Positions 63,580 to 64,000 of a DNA stretch of 64,000 nt are shown piece by piece (the first letter of the stretch is position 1; every line of letters starts with the position of its first letter). The position numbers and the translations under genes are program-made. The notes beneath the pieces were generated by a model. The model had not been told where the DNA came from, did not search any database, and was given only the letters and a program-made list of their open reading frames with translations. The stretch is from an uncultured delta proteobacterium (lineage in GTDB: Bacteria > Desulfobacterota > Desulfobacteria > Desulfobacterales > JAFDCJ01): contig CAVYNY010000008.1 in assembly GCA_963769935.1 (NCBI GenBank), positions 32,001 through 96,000 on the forward strand, in the 5' to 3' direction.

Positions 63580-64000
63580 TTAATATCTCCATTCCCTCAA
63601 TAGATTCCTGGAAATCAGCATGCGCTGAATTTCACTGGTGCCTTCAAATATCCGGTACAGCCGGACATCCCTCAGATACATTTCGATCTGAGATTTTTTC
63701 AGATAGCCGGCATCCCCAAGAATATCCATGGCGCGATCGGCGATCCGGCTGGCCATTTCCGTACAAAAGAGTTTCACCATGGAAGCTTCATGGGTGACGT
63801 TGGTGCCGGTGTCCCGCAAACGGGCGGCGTGATGCAAGCCCTGGCGGGCGGTATAGATTTCAGTCGCCATGTCCGCTAAAGCAAACTGAGCCGCCTGCAA
63901 ATCATCTTTAGGCCGGCCGGATTCGATCAGCCGCTTGAGATGATCGGCACACATTTCCAAAAGCTTTTGAGAAGCTCCCAGGGCACAGGCACCCATGGTC
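63580..64000 (-). CDS. Acyl-CoA dehydrogenase, 3' part (runs off the window)
   Basis: QFALADMA, ASMVKLF, RLYRIFEGTSEIQR. Confidence 0.88.
   Translation of the reverse strand, partial: TMGACALGASQKLLEMCADHLKRLIESGRPKDDLQAAQFALADMATEIYTARQGLHHAARLRDTGTNVTHEASMVKLFCTEMASRIADRAMDILGDAGYLKKSQIEMYLRDVRLYRIFEGTSEIQRMLISRNLLREWRY

Overview
Bacterial chromosomal segment that by gene content and intergenic repeat style looks like an anaerobic Desulfobacterota (Desulfobacterales-like) genome; this assignment is inference, as no marker gene is present. It is dominated by CoA-dependent acid catabolism: three thiolases, four acyl-CoA dehydrogenase genes (one truncated, one cut by the window edge), three AMP-forming CoA ligases, an ADP-forming ligase, crotonases, a FadB-type enzyme, a MaoC hydratase, a 2-hydroxyacyl-CoA dehydratase/benzoyl-CoA reductase-family pair, AbfD, LutBC, a signal-less DmsAB pair and a Liv-type ABC transporter. 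Accessory elements are a TIR-TM-WD40-TPR gene between two 5'-truncated genes, a lipoprotein-signalled ClpP-like protease behind a sigma54-type promoter, a DUF559 endonuclease framed by long inverted repeats, a RAYT transposase fragment with REP/REPIN elements, a 160-bp hairpin element and many microsatellite-armed intergenic hairpins. About a dozen genes carry small indels that are most likely long-read sequencing errors; several others are true deletion remnants. No rRNA, tRNA or CRISPR array was seen. All family calls come from motif recognition by eye, not database searches.
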